A stretch of DNA of 64,000 bases. It comes from an uncultured Bacteroidales bacterium (lineage in GTDB: Bacteria; Bacteroidota; Bacteroidia; Bacteroidales; VadinHA17). The translations under genes were made by a program, and so were the position numbers. This document shows positions 37,820 to 47,259 of this stretch, in pieces; the first letter of the stretch is position 1; each line of letters opens with the position of its first letter. The stretch spans positions 558,807-622,806 of the forward strand of contig CAWGUN010000013.1 in assembly GCA_963825935.1 (NCBI GenBank). The letters run 5' to 3'. A model generated the notes under the pieces. That model searched no databases. It was given only the letters and a program-made list of their open reading frames with translations, and was not told where the DNA came from.

Positions 37820-38620
37820 ATGAAAGGCCTTATTTTCAGTTTCAGACGATATTCAATCCATGACGGACCGGGCATCAGGGTGACATTCTTTATGAAGGGA
37901 TGTCCTCTCTCATGCTGGTGGTGTCATAATCCGGAAGGAAAATCTCCGGATCCTGAAAAGGTTAAACAGATTGAAAAAGTGGGAGAGAGGCAGTTTTATA
38001 AAATCGAGGATGTTGGAAAATACTATTCTGTTGAAGAGATCCTTGATATACTTGAAAAGGATAAAATATTTATTTCGGAGTCAAAGGGAGGAGTTACTTT
38101 CTCAGGAGGAGAACCAATGCTTCAGACAGAATTTCTGACAGAAGCTCTGAAAGCATGTAAGGAAAACGGATATCATACTGCGGTCGATACTTCTGGATAT
38201 TCCAGGGCTGAAAATTTCAAAGCAGTGATTCCTTTTACCGATCTTTTCCTGTTTGACCTCAAGCACCTCGATAATGAAAAGCATAATCAGTTTACCGGAG
38301 TTTCTAATTTGTTCATTATCAATAATTTTAAACTATTGATTGACAGCGGAAAAGATATAATGGTCAGGATTCCGGTTATTCCCGGCTTTAATGATGATCC
38401 TGTAAATCTGTTGAAGCTGAAGGATTTTCTGATAGCCTCAAAAACTGAAAACCTGAAAAAGATAAACCTGCTTCCATATCATAAAACGGGTTCATCAAAA
38501 TATAAAAAGCTTAAAATTCCTGATCAGATGGAAAATATAACAGCACCGTCCACTGAGAGAATGAATGAACTGAAAAAATTCTTCGAAGAAACAGGAATTA
38601 AAGTTAAGATTGGTGGATAA
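37820..38620 (+). CDS. Glycyl-radical enzyme activating protein (radical SAM), short form without ferredoxin-like insert
   Basis: The in-frame ATG at 37820 gives MKGLIFSFRRYSIHDGPGIRVTFFMKGCPLSCWWCHNPE (CX3CX2C), whereas the track starts at the TTG at 37805. The following ~30 aa contain no Cys. GGEPMLQ is present. Confidence 0.88.
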   Translation: MKGLIFSFRRYSIHDGPGIRVTFFMKGCPLSCWWCHNPEGKSPDPEKVKQIEKVGERQFYKIEDVGKYYSVEEILDILEKDKIFISESKGGVTFSGGEPMLQTEFLTEALKACKENGYHTAVDTSGYSRAENFKAVIPFTDLFLFDLKHLDNEKHNQFTGVSNLFIINNFKLLIDSGKDIMVRIPVIPGFNDDPVNLLKLKDFLIASKTENLKKINLLPYHKTGSSKYKKLKIPDQMENITAPSTERMNELKKFFEETGIKVKIGG

Positions 38621-38630
38621 ATACTATCAT

Positions 38631-41000
38631 ATGATACTATCAGACAGAGTAAAAAAGTTGAGAGACCAGAGCCTGAATGCAGTAGAGAAGCTCTCTCCGG
38701 AACGTGCATTGTTAATGACTCAATTTTATAAAAGTGATGAAGCAAGAGAACTCTCTGCTCCTGTTAAAAGAGCGAGGTCCTTTGAGTATCTCCTGAAAAA
38801 TAAAAAGCTCTATCTCGGCGATGGTGAGCTGATCGTAGGAGAGAGAGGTCCGGCACCCAAGGAGACTCCTGCCTATCCTGAGATCAGCCTTCATTCTTTA
38901 AAAGACCTTGATATACTGAATTCAAGGGAAAAAGTTTCATTCAAGGTCGATGAAGAAGTGAAGAGTCTCTATGAGAAGGAGATAATTCCTTTCTGGAAAG
39001 GTAAAAGCAACCGGGACAGATTCATGAACCTGATGACGACGAAATGGCATAATGCTTATAATGCCGGAATGTTCACTGAATTTCAGGAACAGCGGGCTCC
39101 CGGGCATACAGTTCTGGGATATAAAATATTCAGGACAGGTTTTCTCAGGCTTAAAGAAGAAATAAAGGATAGCTTGAACGGACTGAATTATTTCAGCGAC
39201 CCGCTGGCCTTTGAGAAGCATGAGGAGCTCATAGCAATGGACATTGCCTCTGATGCTATAATTATGTACGCAAACCGGTATGCAGATGAGCTTGAGAGAT
39301 TTGCAAAAGGTGAAAAAGACCAGAAAAGGAGATCTGAGCTTGAGAAGATGGCTTCAATCTGCCGGAAGGTCCCTGCTCATGCCCCTGAAACAGTGCATGA
39401 AATGCTTCAGCATTACTGGTTCATTCATATTGGTGTTATCACAGAGCTGAATCCATGGGATTCCTTTAATCCCGGGCGTCTGGATCAGCATCTCTTCCCG
39501 GTTTATAAGAAAGAGATGGAAGCCGGGACGCTGACACAAGAAGAATTATTCGACCTTCTGGGATGTTTCTGGGTTAAATTCAATAATCACCCTTCACCTC
39601 CAAAAATGGGTGTAACTGCCTCTGAAAGCAGTACTTACACGGATTTTTGCCTTATTAATATCGGAGGTGTAAAACCCGATGGTACTGATGCGGTAAATGA
39701 GATGTCATATATTCTCCTTGATGTTGTTAAAGAGATGAGGATACTTCAGCCTGGTTCAATGGTTCAGATAAGCAGGAAGAGTCCCGACAGGTTTATCCAC
39801 AAAGCTCTCGATATAATAAGGACGGGTTTTGGCCAGCCATCATGTTTTAACACGGAGGCAATTATACAGGAACTTCTGCGACAGGGGAAAAATATTGCCG
39901 ATGCCCGTAACGGAGGAGCTTCAGGATGTGTTGAGACAGGAGCTTTCGGAACAGAAGCTTATTGGCTCACCGGCTACTTTAACCTTCCCAAAGTTCTTGA
40001 TCTTACTTTAAACAATGGAATTGACAGAATTACAAATCAAAAGGTTGGCCTGCAGACAGGATTTGCAGAGGATTACGGAACCTTCGATGAATTGTTATCT
40101 GCCTTTAAAACCCAGGTCAATTACTTTATTGACATTAAAATAAGAGGTAACAATATTATTGAAAAAACATTTGCAAAATGGCTGCCTGTACCGTTCCTTT
40201 CATTGCTGGTTGAAGATTGTATTAAAAACGGAAAGGATTACAATGACGGAGGGGCACGGTACAATACAACCTATATCCAGGGAGTCGGCCTTGGCAGTAT
40301 AACTGACATGCTTACTTCTATCAGGTATAATATCTATGACAGGAAAAATTTTACATGGAGTGAACTGACCCGGGCAACAGATGCTGATTTTGTGGGATTT
40401 GAGCAGATACAGCATGATCTGATTTACAATACTCCAAAATATGGGAATGATGATGATTATGCAGATCAGCATGCTGCTGCGGTTTTTGAAATTTATTATG
40501 ATGCAGTTAATGGCAGGCCTGATTCAAGAGGTGGTGTTCACCGGATAAATATGCTTCCTACCACATCGCATGTTTATTTCGGAAGCGTAACCGGTGCCAC
40601 ACCTGACGGACGCAAAGCACATAAGCCTCTCTCTGAGGGTATTTCACCAAGTCAGGGAGTTGATAAGGAGGGGCCAACCTCAGTCATAAAGTCTGCCTCC
40701 AGAATAGATCATCTGCGTACCGGGGGAACACTGCTTAATCAGAAATTTTCACCCCGGTTTTTTGAAGACGAGGAAAGCTATAACTGCCTTACTGCGCTCA
40801 TACGCAGTTATTTTGCTCTCGACGGGCATCATATTCAGTTCAATGTGGTTAATGCTGAAACTCTAAGGGATGCACAGAAACATCCCGAATTATACCGCGA
40901 TCTTATTGTAAGAGTTGCAGGGTACAGTGATTATTTCAACGATCTGGGAGAGGATCTGCAGAATGAGATCATTGAAAGGACGGAGCAAGAAAATGGATAA
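38631..41000 (+). CDS. hypD: Glycyl radical enzyme, dehydratase/lyase clade; trans-4-hydroxy-L-proline dehydratase (HypD)-like
   Basis: 789 aa from the ATG at 38631 (the track starts at the TTG at 38610, overlapping the activase stop). It has the Gly-radical motif RVAGYS, the thiyl loop GGASGCVETG, and the strings APGHTV, ELNPWDSF, ESSTYTDF, EAYWLTGY and LPTTSH. The family call (glycyl radical enzyme) is near-certain. The HypD assignment rests on remembered residues. Confidence 0.75.
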   Translation: MILSDRVKKLRDQSLNAVEKLSPERALLMTQFYKSDEARELSAPVKRARSFEYLLKNKKLYLGDGELIVGERGPAPKETPAYPEISLHSLKDLDILNSREKVSFKVDEEVKSLYEKEIIPFWKGKSNRDRFMNLMTTKWHNAYNAGMFTEFQEQRAPGHTVLGYKIFRTGFLRLKEEIKDSLNGLNYFSDPLAFEKHEELIAMDIASDAIIMYANRYADELERFAKGEKDQKRRSELEKMASICRKVPAHAPETVHEMLQHYWFIHIGVITELNPWDSFNPGRLDQHLFPVYKKEMEAGTLTQEELFDLLGCFWVKFNNHPSPPKMGVTASESSTYTDFCLINIGGVKPDGTDAVNEMSYILLDVVKEMRILQPGSMVQISRKSPDRFIHKALDIIRTGFGQPSCFNTEAIIQELLRQGKNIADARNGGASGCVETGAFGTEAYWLTGYFNLPKVLDLTLNNGIDRITNQKVGLQTGFAEDYGTFDELLSAFKTQVNYFIDIKIRGNNIIEKTFAKWLPVPFLSLLVEDCIKNGKDYNDGGARYNTTYIQGVGLGSITDMLTSIRYNIYDRKNFTWSELTRATDADFVGFEQIQHDLIYNTPKYGNDDDYADQHAAAVFEIYYDAVNGRPDSRGGVHRINMLPTTSHVYFGSVTGATPDGRKAHKPLSEGISPSQGVDKEGPTSVIKSASRIDHLRTGGTLLNQKFSPRFFEDEESYNCLTALIRSYFALDGHHIQFNVVNAETLRDAQKHPELYRDLIVRVAGYSDYFNDLGEDLQNEIIERTEQENG

Positions 41001-41114
41001 CCCCCCAACCCCCCTAAAGGGGGGCTATAACCCCCATTACAAATTTAAATAGAATCAGTTATATGTTTCAACCCTCCTTCAGGGGGGTGCCCCGTGATAA
41101 CGGGGCGGGGGGTT
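40999..41114. repeat. C6/G6-run structured element between convergent genes (possible REP/MITE-like element or bidirectional terminator)
   Basis: The outer ends are AACCCCCC (40999-41006) and GGGGGGTT (41107-41114). The internal hairpins are CCCCCC-TAAA-GGGGGG (41009-41024), CCCTCC-TTCA-GGGGGG (41072-41087) and GCCCCG-TGATAA-CGGGGC (41089-41106). Confidence 0.6.
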
Positions 41115-41120
41115 CTTAGA

Positions 41121-42056
41121 TTATTTCTTCTTGTCCTTCACCTCATTAAACACCGATGTTGCCGTTGCAACTATTCCCGCAATATCGGATAAGTTAGATG
41201 GCAATATCATAGTATTGTTCATTTTGGCAAGATTACCAAAAGCATTTAAATACTGTTCAGCAATCCTCAGGTTTACTGCATTGAGTCCGTTCTCCTCCGA
41301 AATCGCCAACGATATAGCTCTCAATCCATTAGCCGTTGCAACTGCAACCTGCTCAATTTCAGAAGCGCGACCGGCAGCTTCATTGATACGTCTTTGTTTT
41401 TCGCCCTCTGACTTAAGTATAAACTCCTGTTTATCGCCATCGGCATTATTTATCTTAGCCTGTCTGGTTCCCTCTGATTCTGCAATAACTGCTCTTTTTT
41501 CCCTTTCCGCTCTCATTTGCTTTTCCATTGCATCCTTGATGCTCTGAGGAGGAGAAATATTTTTAACTTCATATCGGGTTACTTTTACACCCCAGGGTTC
41601 GCTTGCTTTGTCGACTGCATCAACAATTGAAACGTTTATAGTTTCACGTTCTTCAAAGGTTCTGTCAAGTTCAAGCTTACCTATAACGCTTCTCATTGTG
41701 GTTTGAGCAATCTGTATTGATGCAAACCGGTAATTATCAATTCCATATGAAGCTTTCTGAGGATCGAGTACCTGCAGGTAGAGAATACCGTCAACTTCAA
41801 CGGCAATATTATCGCGTGTTATACAGATCTGTGGAGCGACGTCAATAGCCTGTTCTTTAAGGGTATGTCTGTACCTTATTTTATCGAAAAAAGGAATAAG
41901 TACCTGGAAACCGGCAGTAAATGTTGCCCTGTATTTACCCAGCCGTTCAACGATTATAGCTGTCCTCTGCGGAACAACTTTTACCATGGATGCAATGAGG
42001 ATGAAACCCAGAATGATTACACCCACAAGAATGAAAGTAGCGCTAGATCCTGCCAT
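41121..42056 (-). CDS. SPFH/Band 7 (stomatin-like) membrane protein
   Basis: 311 aa. N-terminal TM helix then VPQRTAIIVERLGKYRATFTAGFQVLIPFFDKI, followed by a coiled-coil C-terminus. Confidence 0.9.
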   Translation of the reverse strand: MAGSSATFILVGVIILGFILIASMVKVVPQRTAIIVERLGKYRATFTAGFQVLIPFFDKIRYRHTLKEQAIDVAPQICITRDNIAVEVDGILYLQVLDPQKASYGIDNYRFASIQIAQTTMRSVIGKLELDRTFEERETINVSIVDAVDKASEPWGVKVTRYEVKNISPPQSIKDAMEKQMRAEREKRAVIAESEGTRQAKINNADGDKQEFILKSEGEKQRRINEAAGRASEIEQVAVATANGLRAISLAISEENGLNAVNLRIAEQYLNAFGNLAKMNNTMILPSNLSDIAGIVATATSVFNEVKDKKK

Positions 42057-42058
42057 TT

Positions 42059-42514
42059 TTATTTGTTTTTAGGTTCAACTGTTAATTTAAAATTCTCTTT
42101 TTTTATAATTATTACAATTTGTCCCGTTTTAATTTCGGATTCCGATTCAGCTTTCCAGGTAGTGCCTTTGAATTCTACCTTACCCTGCTTGTCTTTTCCA
42201 ATATCGGTTTTGGCCAGAGCCTCTTTACCTGTGAACTCATCTTCAACTTCTTCCGAACGACCTTCACTCCTGTAAAAAAATCTCTTCTGAATAATTTTCC
42301 TCAAAGCCAGTAGCGAAAGAACTGAAGTAACTGCGAAAACGATGATCTGGATATTAACTCCGGGATTGGCAATCAGGCACAGTAGGGCAGTGATCCAGGC
42401 ACCTACGCCAAAGAAAAAAATCACAAATCCCGGCATAACAAGTTCAAGAACGAACAGAACAAGTCCTATAATAAACCATACTATTTCAGGTTTCGAAAAA
42501 ATCGATTCACTCAT
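42059..42514 (-). CDS. NfeD-family membrane protein (partner of the SPFH protein)
   Basis: 151 aa. Three TM helices and a C-terminal OB-fold-like GKVEFKGTTWKAESESEIKTGQIVII. Its stop lies 2 nt before the SPFH start, which is the classical operon arrangement. Confidence 0.85.
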   Translation of the reverse strand: MSESIFSKPEIVWFIIGLVLFVLELVMPGFVIFFFGVGAWITALLCLIANPGVNIQIIVFAVTSVLSLLALRKIIQKRFFYRSEGRSEEVEDEFTGKEALAKTDIGKDKQGKVEFKGTTWKAESESEIKTGQIVIIIKKENFKLTVEPKNK

Positions 42515-42808
42515 AATTTTGACTATTTGTTTGGAAAATTGTTTTGCATGTAGTAAAGGTAAGAAAATTGACTCAAATTGCCAAAAAGGAGGAATGATTC
42601 TTTATAGAGAAGAGTTCGAAACGGTAAAAAAATTTTCAACTTCCGATTTTTCTTTGTAATTTATAACGTTTTTAATTCTATATGAATTATTCCGGGATCA
42701 AAATGATTTCATTCTTTAATAATGGAGGATAAGTGGTTCATTTATAAGAATATAAAAACATGATTCGCCAGTTCACATTAACATTAGCGAGATAAGGAGA
42801 CAACTATT

Positions 42809-43531
42809 ATGGATAAATTCTTTGATTATTTTGACAGCCGTCACCGAGCCTCAATCCTCAGCAAGCCTTCTGCTGAAGATGGTCCCATAATTACAATCTC
42901 AAGGCAGACAGGATGTGATGCCCGTCAGGTAGCTGAAAATATAGTTGATAATCTCAACAGGAAAACCGGAAGCTCAAAATGGAAATGGGTCGACAAAGAT
43001 ATTATTTATGCAATTGCAAAAGAGCTAAATACAGATACACAGAGGGTTGAGAATTTTTACAAGGGTATAGAACTTTCAAATATGTCGGAAATGATTATGG
43101 CCTTTTCAGGTGGCTTTGTCAGTGATCTGAGGGTAAAAAAAGCAATAAAGGATGTCGTGCTTTCGATATGTAAAGAGGGTTATATTGTTCTTGTCGGAAG
43201 GGGAGGTGTATCAATAGCGCACGATATTGCTGATTCTTTGCATGTAAGGCTGATAGCTCCCTTTTACTGGAGAGTGGAAAGTATCATGAAAAAGAAAGGG
43301 ATGAATATTGAAGCTGCCGAGGAATTTGTCGTTGATACAGATGAAAAAAGATTTAACCTTATAACCACATTCCTCGAAAAAAAATCCCTGAATATTGATT
43401 ACCTCTTCGATACAACAATTAACAGACAGTCATTCAGCATTACAGAAACAGCTGACATAATAGTCTCTATGTATGAGAAGAAAATAGGCAGGCTGGTTGC
43501 AGAACGTAAAAAATCCGCAAATTTATTTTAA
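42809..43531 (+). CDS. Cytidylate-kinase-like family protein (uncharacterised P-loop-like)
   Basis: 240 aa. ITISRQTGCDARQVAENI is typical of the cytidylate kinase-like family. Confidence 0.6.
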   Translation: MDKFFDYFDSRHRASILSKPSAEDGPIITISRQTGCDARQVAENIVDNLNRKTGSSKWKWVDKDIIYAIAKELNTDTQRVENFYKGIELSNMSEMIMAFSGGFVSDLRVKKAIKDVVLSICKEGYIVLVGRGGVSIAHDIADSLHVRLIAPFYWRVESIMKKKGMNIEAAEEFVVDTDEKRFNLITTFLEKKSLNIDYLFDTTINRQSFSITETADIIVSMYEKKIGRLVAERKKSANLF

Positions 43532-43545
43532 ATACACCTGCAGAT

Positions 43546-44850
43546 TTAAATATTTACTTCTCCGATCTTTTTAATATGATCGCTAAGCCTCCTGTCGAGA
43601 CTTTTTCTATATGCATCCCAGTCTTTTATAGGATATTTTGCAACTCCACTCTCCATTGCAGCTTTAGCAACTGCTGATGCTACAGTGGATATCAGTCTTG
43701 GATCGACCGGTTTTGGAATTATATATTCTTTTCCGAAGGTGAGTTTATCAATATTATAAGCTTTAAGAACAGATGCCGGCACCGGTTCTTTGGCAAGGGC
43801 TGCCAGAGCTTTTGATGCTGCAAGTTTCATCTCCTCGTTTATTGTGGAAGCTCTTACATCGAGGGCGCCACGGAATATGAAAGGGAACCCCAGAACATTA
43901 TTGATCTGATTCGGATAGTCCGATCTTCCTGTGGCAAAAATCAGGTCGTTCCTGGTTGACATAGCATCTTCATAGGTTATCTCAGGATCCGGGTTTGCCA
44001 TAGCAAAAACAATCGGATTTGCAGCCATGGTTGCCAGCATCTCCTTTGACAACATATTGGCAGTCGATAGCCCCAGGAAAAGATCAGCTCCTTTTACGGC
44101 TTCCGCCAGGGTATCAATATCCCTGTCAGTTATAAATTCCTGTTTGAACTTATTTAGATCTTTTCTTTTCCTGTTAATCACACCTTTTGAGTCGACCATC
44201 ACGATATTTTCCTTTTTAACGCCAAGTGAAAGGTACAATTTTGAACAGGAAATTGCTGCAGCACCAGCGCCACATACCACCAGCTTTAGCTTATCGATCT
44301 TCCTTCCGGTTATTTCCAGAGAATTGAGAAGCCCTGCACCGGATATTATTGCAGTACCATGCTGGTCATCGTGGAATACCGGGATATCGAGCATAGCTTT
44401 AAGTTTTGTCTCCACCTCGAAACACTCAGGAGCTTTAATATCCTCAAGATTTATACCTCCGAAAGTAGGAGCAATTCTTGCACATATTTCTATCAGTTTG
44501 GCTGGATCTTTTTCATCTACCTCTATATCAAATACATCCACATCGGCAAACACTTTGAATAGTAATCCTTTACCCTCCATTACCGGCTTTCCTGCCATAG
44601 CCCCGATGTCGCCAAGTCCAAGTACCGCGGTTCCGTTCGAAATAACTGCAACAAGGTTCCCTTTGGCTGTAAAATTATATACATCGTCAGGGTGCTTCTC
44701 AATCTCGAGGCAAGGATAGGCCACTCCGGGAGTATAGGCAAGACTCAGATCAAACTGCGTAGTGTATGGTTTTGTCGGTATAACTTCAACTTTCCCATGA
44801 CGGCCCCTGCTATGGTAGAGAAGCGCATCTTCTTTAGTTACTTTTGGCAT
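43546..44850 (-). CDS. NAD(P)-dependent malic enzyme (short form, no PTA-like domain)
   Basis: 434 aa with [39 protein letters not shown] and VVCGAGAAA. Confidence 0.92.
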   Translation of the reverse strand: MPKVTKEDALLYHSRGRHGKVEVIPTKPYTTQFDLSLAYTPGVAYPCLEIEKHPDDVYNFTAKGNLVAVISNGTAVLGLGDIGAMAGKPVMEGKGLLFKVFADVDVFDIEVDEKDPAKLIEICARIAPTFGGINLEDIKAPECFEVETKLKAMLDIPVFHDDQHGTAIISGAGLLNSLEITGRKIDKLKLVVCGAGAAAISCSKLYLSLGVKKENIVMVDSKGVINRKRKDLNKFKQEFITDRDIDTLAEAVKGADLFLGLSTANMLSKEMLATMAANPIVFAMANPDPEITYEDAMSTRNDLIFATGRSDYPNQINNVLGFPFIFRGALDVRASTINEEMKLAASKALAALAKEPVPASVLKAYNIDKLTFGKEYIIPKPVDPRLISTVASAVAKAAMESGVAKYPIKDWDAYRKSLDRRLSDHIKKIGEVNI

Positions 44851-45047
44851 AAATCGGATTTATTTGAAAATTAATATTCTGAAAGGCATTAGATTTATCG
44901 AAGTTACGACTTTGAAATAATTATTTGTATGAGAAATATCAGTTTGTTATTGGTGAAAGATTAATTTTGGATTGCTGACAAATTTAGATATTTTCAAACT
45001 TTGTTTTTCAATAATTATTAACCTGATTTTTTTATTCCATTTTTTCA

Positions 45048-45983
45048 ATGAAGCGAAATATTGCAATTGGCACTGATATAGGCGGAAGCCATATCACTTG
45101 CGCAGCTGTTGATCTTGCCACAGGTAATATCCTCAGGGGGACCTTAACCGAACGGGAAGTTGATAACCAGGCCCGGGCCAAAGTGATAATTGATATATGG
45201 ACTGAAGCACTTAAAGGGGCTTTATCAAAGGTTCCGGTCGAAAAAGTCAAGGGGATCGGATTTGCTATGCCCGGCCCCTTCGATTATGTAAAAGGCATTT
45301 GTTATATTAAAGGTGTTGCAAAATATGAGAATCTGTATGGATTCAATATCGCCGAAGCTATTTCACTCAACCTTGATGTATCCCGCGATTTTCTGATAAG
45401 GTTCATGAATGATGCATCATCTTTTGCTGTCGGCGAAGCCTGGGCAGGCAGTGCAACAGGTACAATACGGTCACTGTCAATCACACTTGGTACCGGGTTC
45501 GGGTCAGCTTTCATAAGTAATCGCATCCCAATTGTTGATGGTCCGGAAGTGCCTAAACTGGGGTGTGTTTATCATCTTCCTTATAAGGATGGGATTGCAG
45601 ATGACTATTTCTCAACCCGTTGGTTCACCGGCAGCTATAAGAAAGCTACAGGAAAAACACTGAAAGGCGTCAGAGACATTGCAGATATTGCCGGATCTGA
45701 TCGGGTCGCATCAGGCTTATTTGAAGAATTCGGCAATAATCTCGGTGCATTCCTTGCTCCGTGGCTAATTAAGTTCAAAGCTGAAATCCTGGTGATAGGC
45801 GGAAATATTTCCCATGCATATAACCTCTTTGGGAATGTCCTGGAGGAGAGCCTGAAAAGAGAAAAATGTACATGTAAAGTTGCATTGTCGACACTTAAAG
45901 AAGATGCCGCTCTTCTTGGCAGCGCATATCTTCTTGATGATACTTTCTGGAAATCAGTGCAGCATGCATTGCCACTGATGTAA
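45048..45983 (+). CDS. ROK-family sugar kinase (no N-terminal HTH)
   Basis: 311 aa starting directly with the ATPase phosphate-1 motif IGTDIGGSHITCAAVD. Confidence 0.8.
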   Translation: MKRNIAIGTDIGGSHITCAAVDLATGNILRGTLTEREVDNQARAKVIIDIWTEALKGALSKVPVEKVKGIGFAMPGPFDYVKGICYIKGVAKYENLYGFNIAEAISLNLDVSRDFLIRFMNDASSFAVGEAWAGSATGTIRSLSITLGTGFGSAFISNRIPIVDGPEVPKLGCVYHLPYKDGIADDYFSTRWFTGSYKKATGKTLKGVRDIADIAGSDRVASGLFEEFGNNLGAFLAPWLIKFKAEILVIGGNISHAYNLFGNVLEESLKREKCTCKVALSTLKEDAALLGSAYLLDDTFWKSVQHALPLM

Positions 45984-45984
45984 A

Positions 45985-46082
45985 ACCGGTAACCGGCGAC
46001 CGGCAAACGGCGACCGGCAACCGGCAACAAGCGACCAGTAAACTTAAACCTTAAACCTTAAACCTTAAACCTTAAACCTTAA
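45985..46082. repeat. Two-part phased heptanucleotide array: 8x ACCGGCR-like then 6x ACCTTAA
   Basis: The units are ACCGGTA ACCGGCG ACCGGCA AACGGCG ACCGGCA ACCGGCA ACAAGCG ACCAGTA | AACTTAA ACCTTAA x5. All 14 units are in one 7-nt register. The array starts 2 nt after the ROK stop and ends 9 nt before the MFS ATG. Confidence 0.95.
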
Positions 46083-46091
46083 ACCATTTTT

Positions 46092-47246
46092 ATGGATACT
46101 CAAAAAATCAACCTGAAAAAGATAGCCCCGGTCCTGATGGCCTTCTTTGTAATGAGCTTCTGCGACCTTGTTGGAATTAGTGTTGACATGATAAAGCCGA
46201 TCTTCAATTTAACTGATTTTCAGGCACAGCTTATCCCTACATCGGTTTTTATATGGTTCCTCATCCTTTCTGTTGGGATCGGAGTTCTTCAGAATAGAAT
46301 AGGCAAGAAAAACATGGTGAATATTGGGATGATAATTACAGCAATAGGATTATTTATCCCTTTCTTCTTTTTCCATTATTCTACATTCTTAATTGGTTTT
46401 GCTTTTCTTGGAATTGGAAACACAATTGTACAGGTTTCTGCAAATCCTTTATTAATAGATGTTGTTCCTGCAAGCCGGACATCAAGTTACCTGAGTTTTT
46501 CTCAGTTTGTGAAAGCCATCGGATCGATGATAGCGCCATGGCTGGCTACAAAGATCTTTGCGGTATACTTTAACGACTGGAAGCTTCTGTTCCTCGTGTT
46601 TGGAATTGTTTCCATCCTGTCAGTGATCTGGCTGGGTTCTGTAAAGATAGAAGAACGTAAACAGGAAAATATAAAGGTGACATTAGGATCGTCTTTCAGA
46701 CTGCTTGGGAATGGATTTATTTTATTGATGGTTCTTTCAATATTCCTTGTTGTAGGAATAGATGTTGGATTTCAGTCTAACTCCGGACAACTTTTAATGA
46801 ACCATTTCGGTATTAATGAGAAATCAGCGGTATTGGGAAGAAGTGTTTATTTTTTCGGGCGTATGCTTGGAACGTTTGCAGGTGCAATTTTGCTGACAAG
46901 AATTTCATCAAGGAAATTCTTTATGTGGACAACTGTTCTTGGAATTATTTCTCTTATAGCTGTGCTTATTATTCCGGGGCAGATCGTAGTCTGGGGATTG
47001 GTATTCATTGTCGGACTTGCAGTTGCAAACATATTCCCCATTGTATTTTCATTAACCGTGGAGCGATTTCCTGAAAGAAGTAACGAAATTTCCGGTCTTA
47101 TGATAATGGCAGTATCCGGAGGGGCAATAATTCCTCCTGTTATAGGATGGATCAGCGACAATAGCAGCATTGCGATCGGAATGACGGTTCTTGTCGCCAG
47201 TATGATTTACCTGTGGGCTGTATCTGTGTTTTGCCTGAAGAAGTAG
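46092..47246 (+). CDS. MFS sugar transporter (FucP/GluP-like)
   Basis: 384 aa and polytopic throughout. It is adjacent to the ROK kinase. Confidence 0.7.
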   Translation: MDTQKINLKKIAPVLMAFFVMSFCDLVGISVDMIKPIFNLTDFQAQLIPTSVFIWFLILSVGIGVLQNRIGKKNMVNIGMIITAIGLFIPFFFFHYSTFLIGFAFLGIGNTIVQVSANPLLIDVVPASRTSSYLSFSQFVKAIGSMIAPWLATKIFAVYFNDWKLLFLVFGIVSILSVIWLGSVKIEERKQENIKVTLGSSFRLLGNGFILLMVLSIFLVVGIDVGFQSNSGQLLMNHFGINEKSAVLGRSVYFFGRMLGTFAGAILLTRISSRKFFMWTTVLGIISLIAVLIIPGQIVVWGLVFIVGLAVANIFPIVFSLTVERFPERSNEISGLMIMAVSGGAIIPPVIGWISDNSSIAIGMTVLVASMIYLWAVSVFCLKK

Positions 47247-47259
47247 AAGCTGATTTTTT

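Noticed and set aside
41131-41547. A 138-aa plus-strand ORF.
   Set aside because: It is antisense to the SPFH gene, with a Ser/Ala/Leu-rich shadow translation.
44027-44719. A 230-aa plus-strand ORF.
   Set aside because: It is antisense to the malic enzyme gene. The translation is a Ser/Ile/Phe-rich low-complexity string, so it is a shadow ORF.
45985-46082. Possibility that the tandem arrays (also 20103-20151 and 59932-59998) are CRISPR arrays.
   Set aside because: The units are 7-9 nt and directly abut one another with no spacers. No cas genes are present. These are simple-sequence repeats, not CRISPR.
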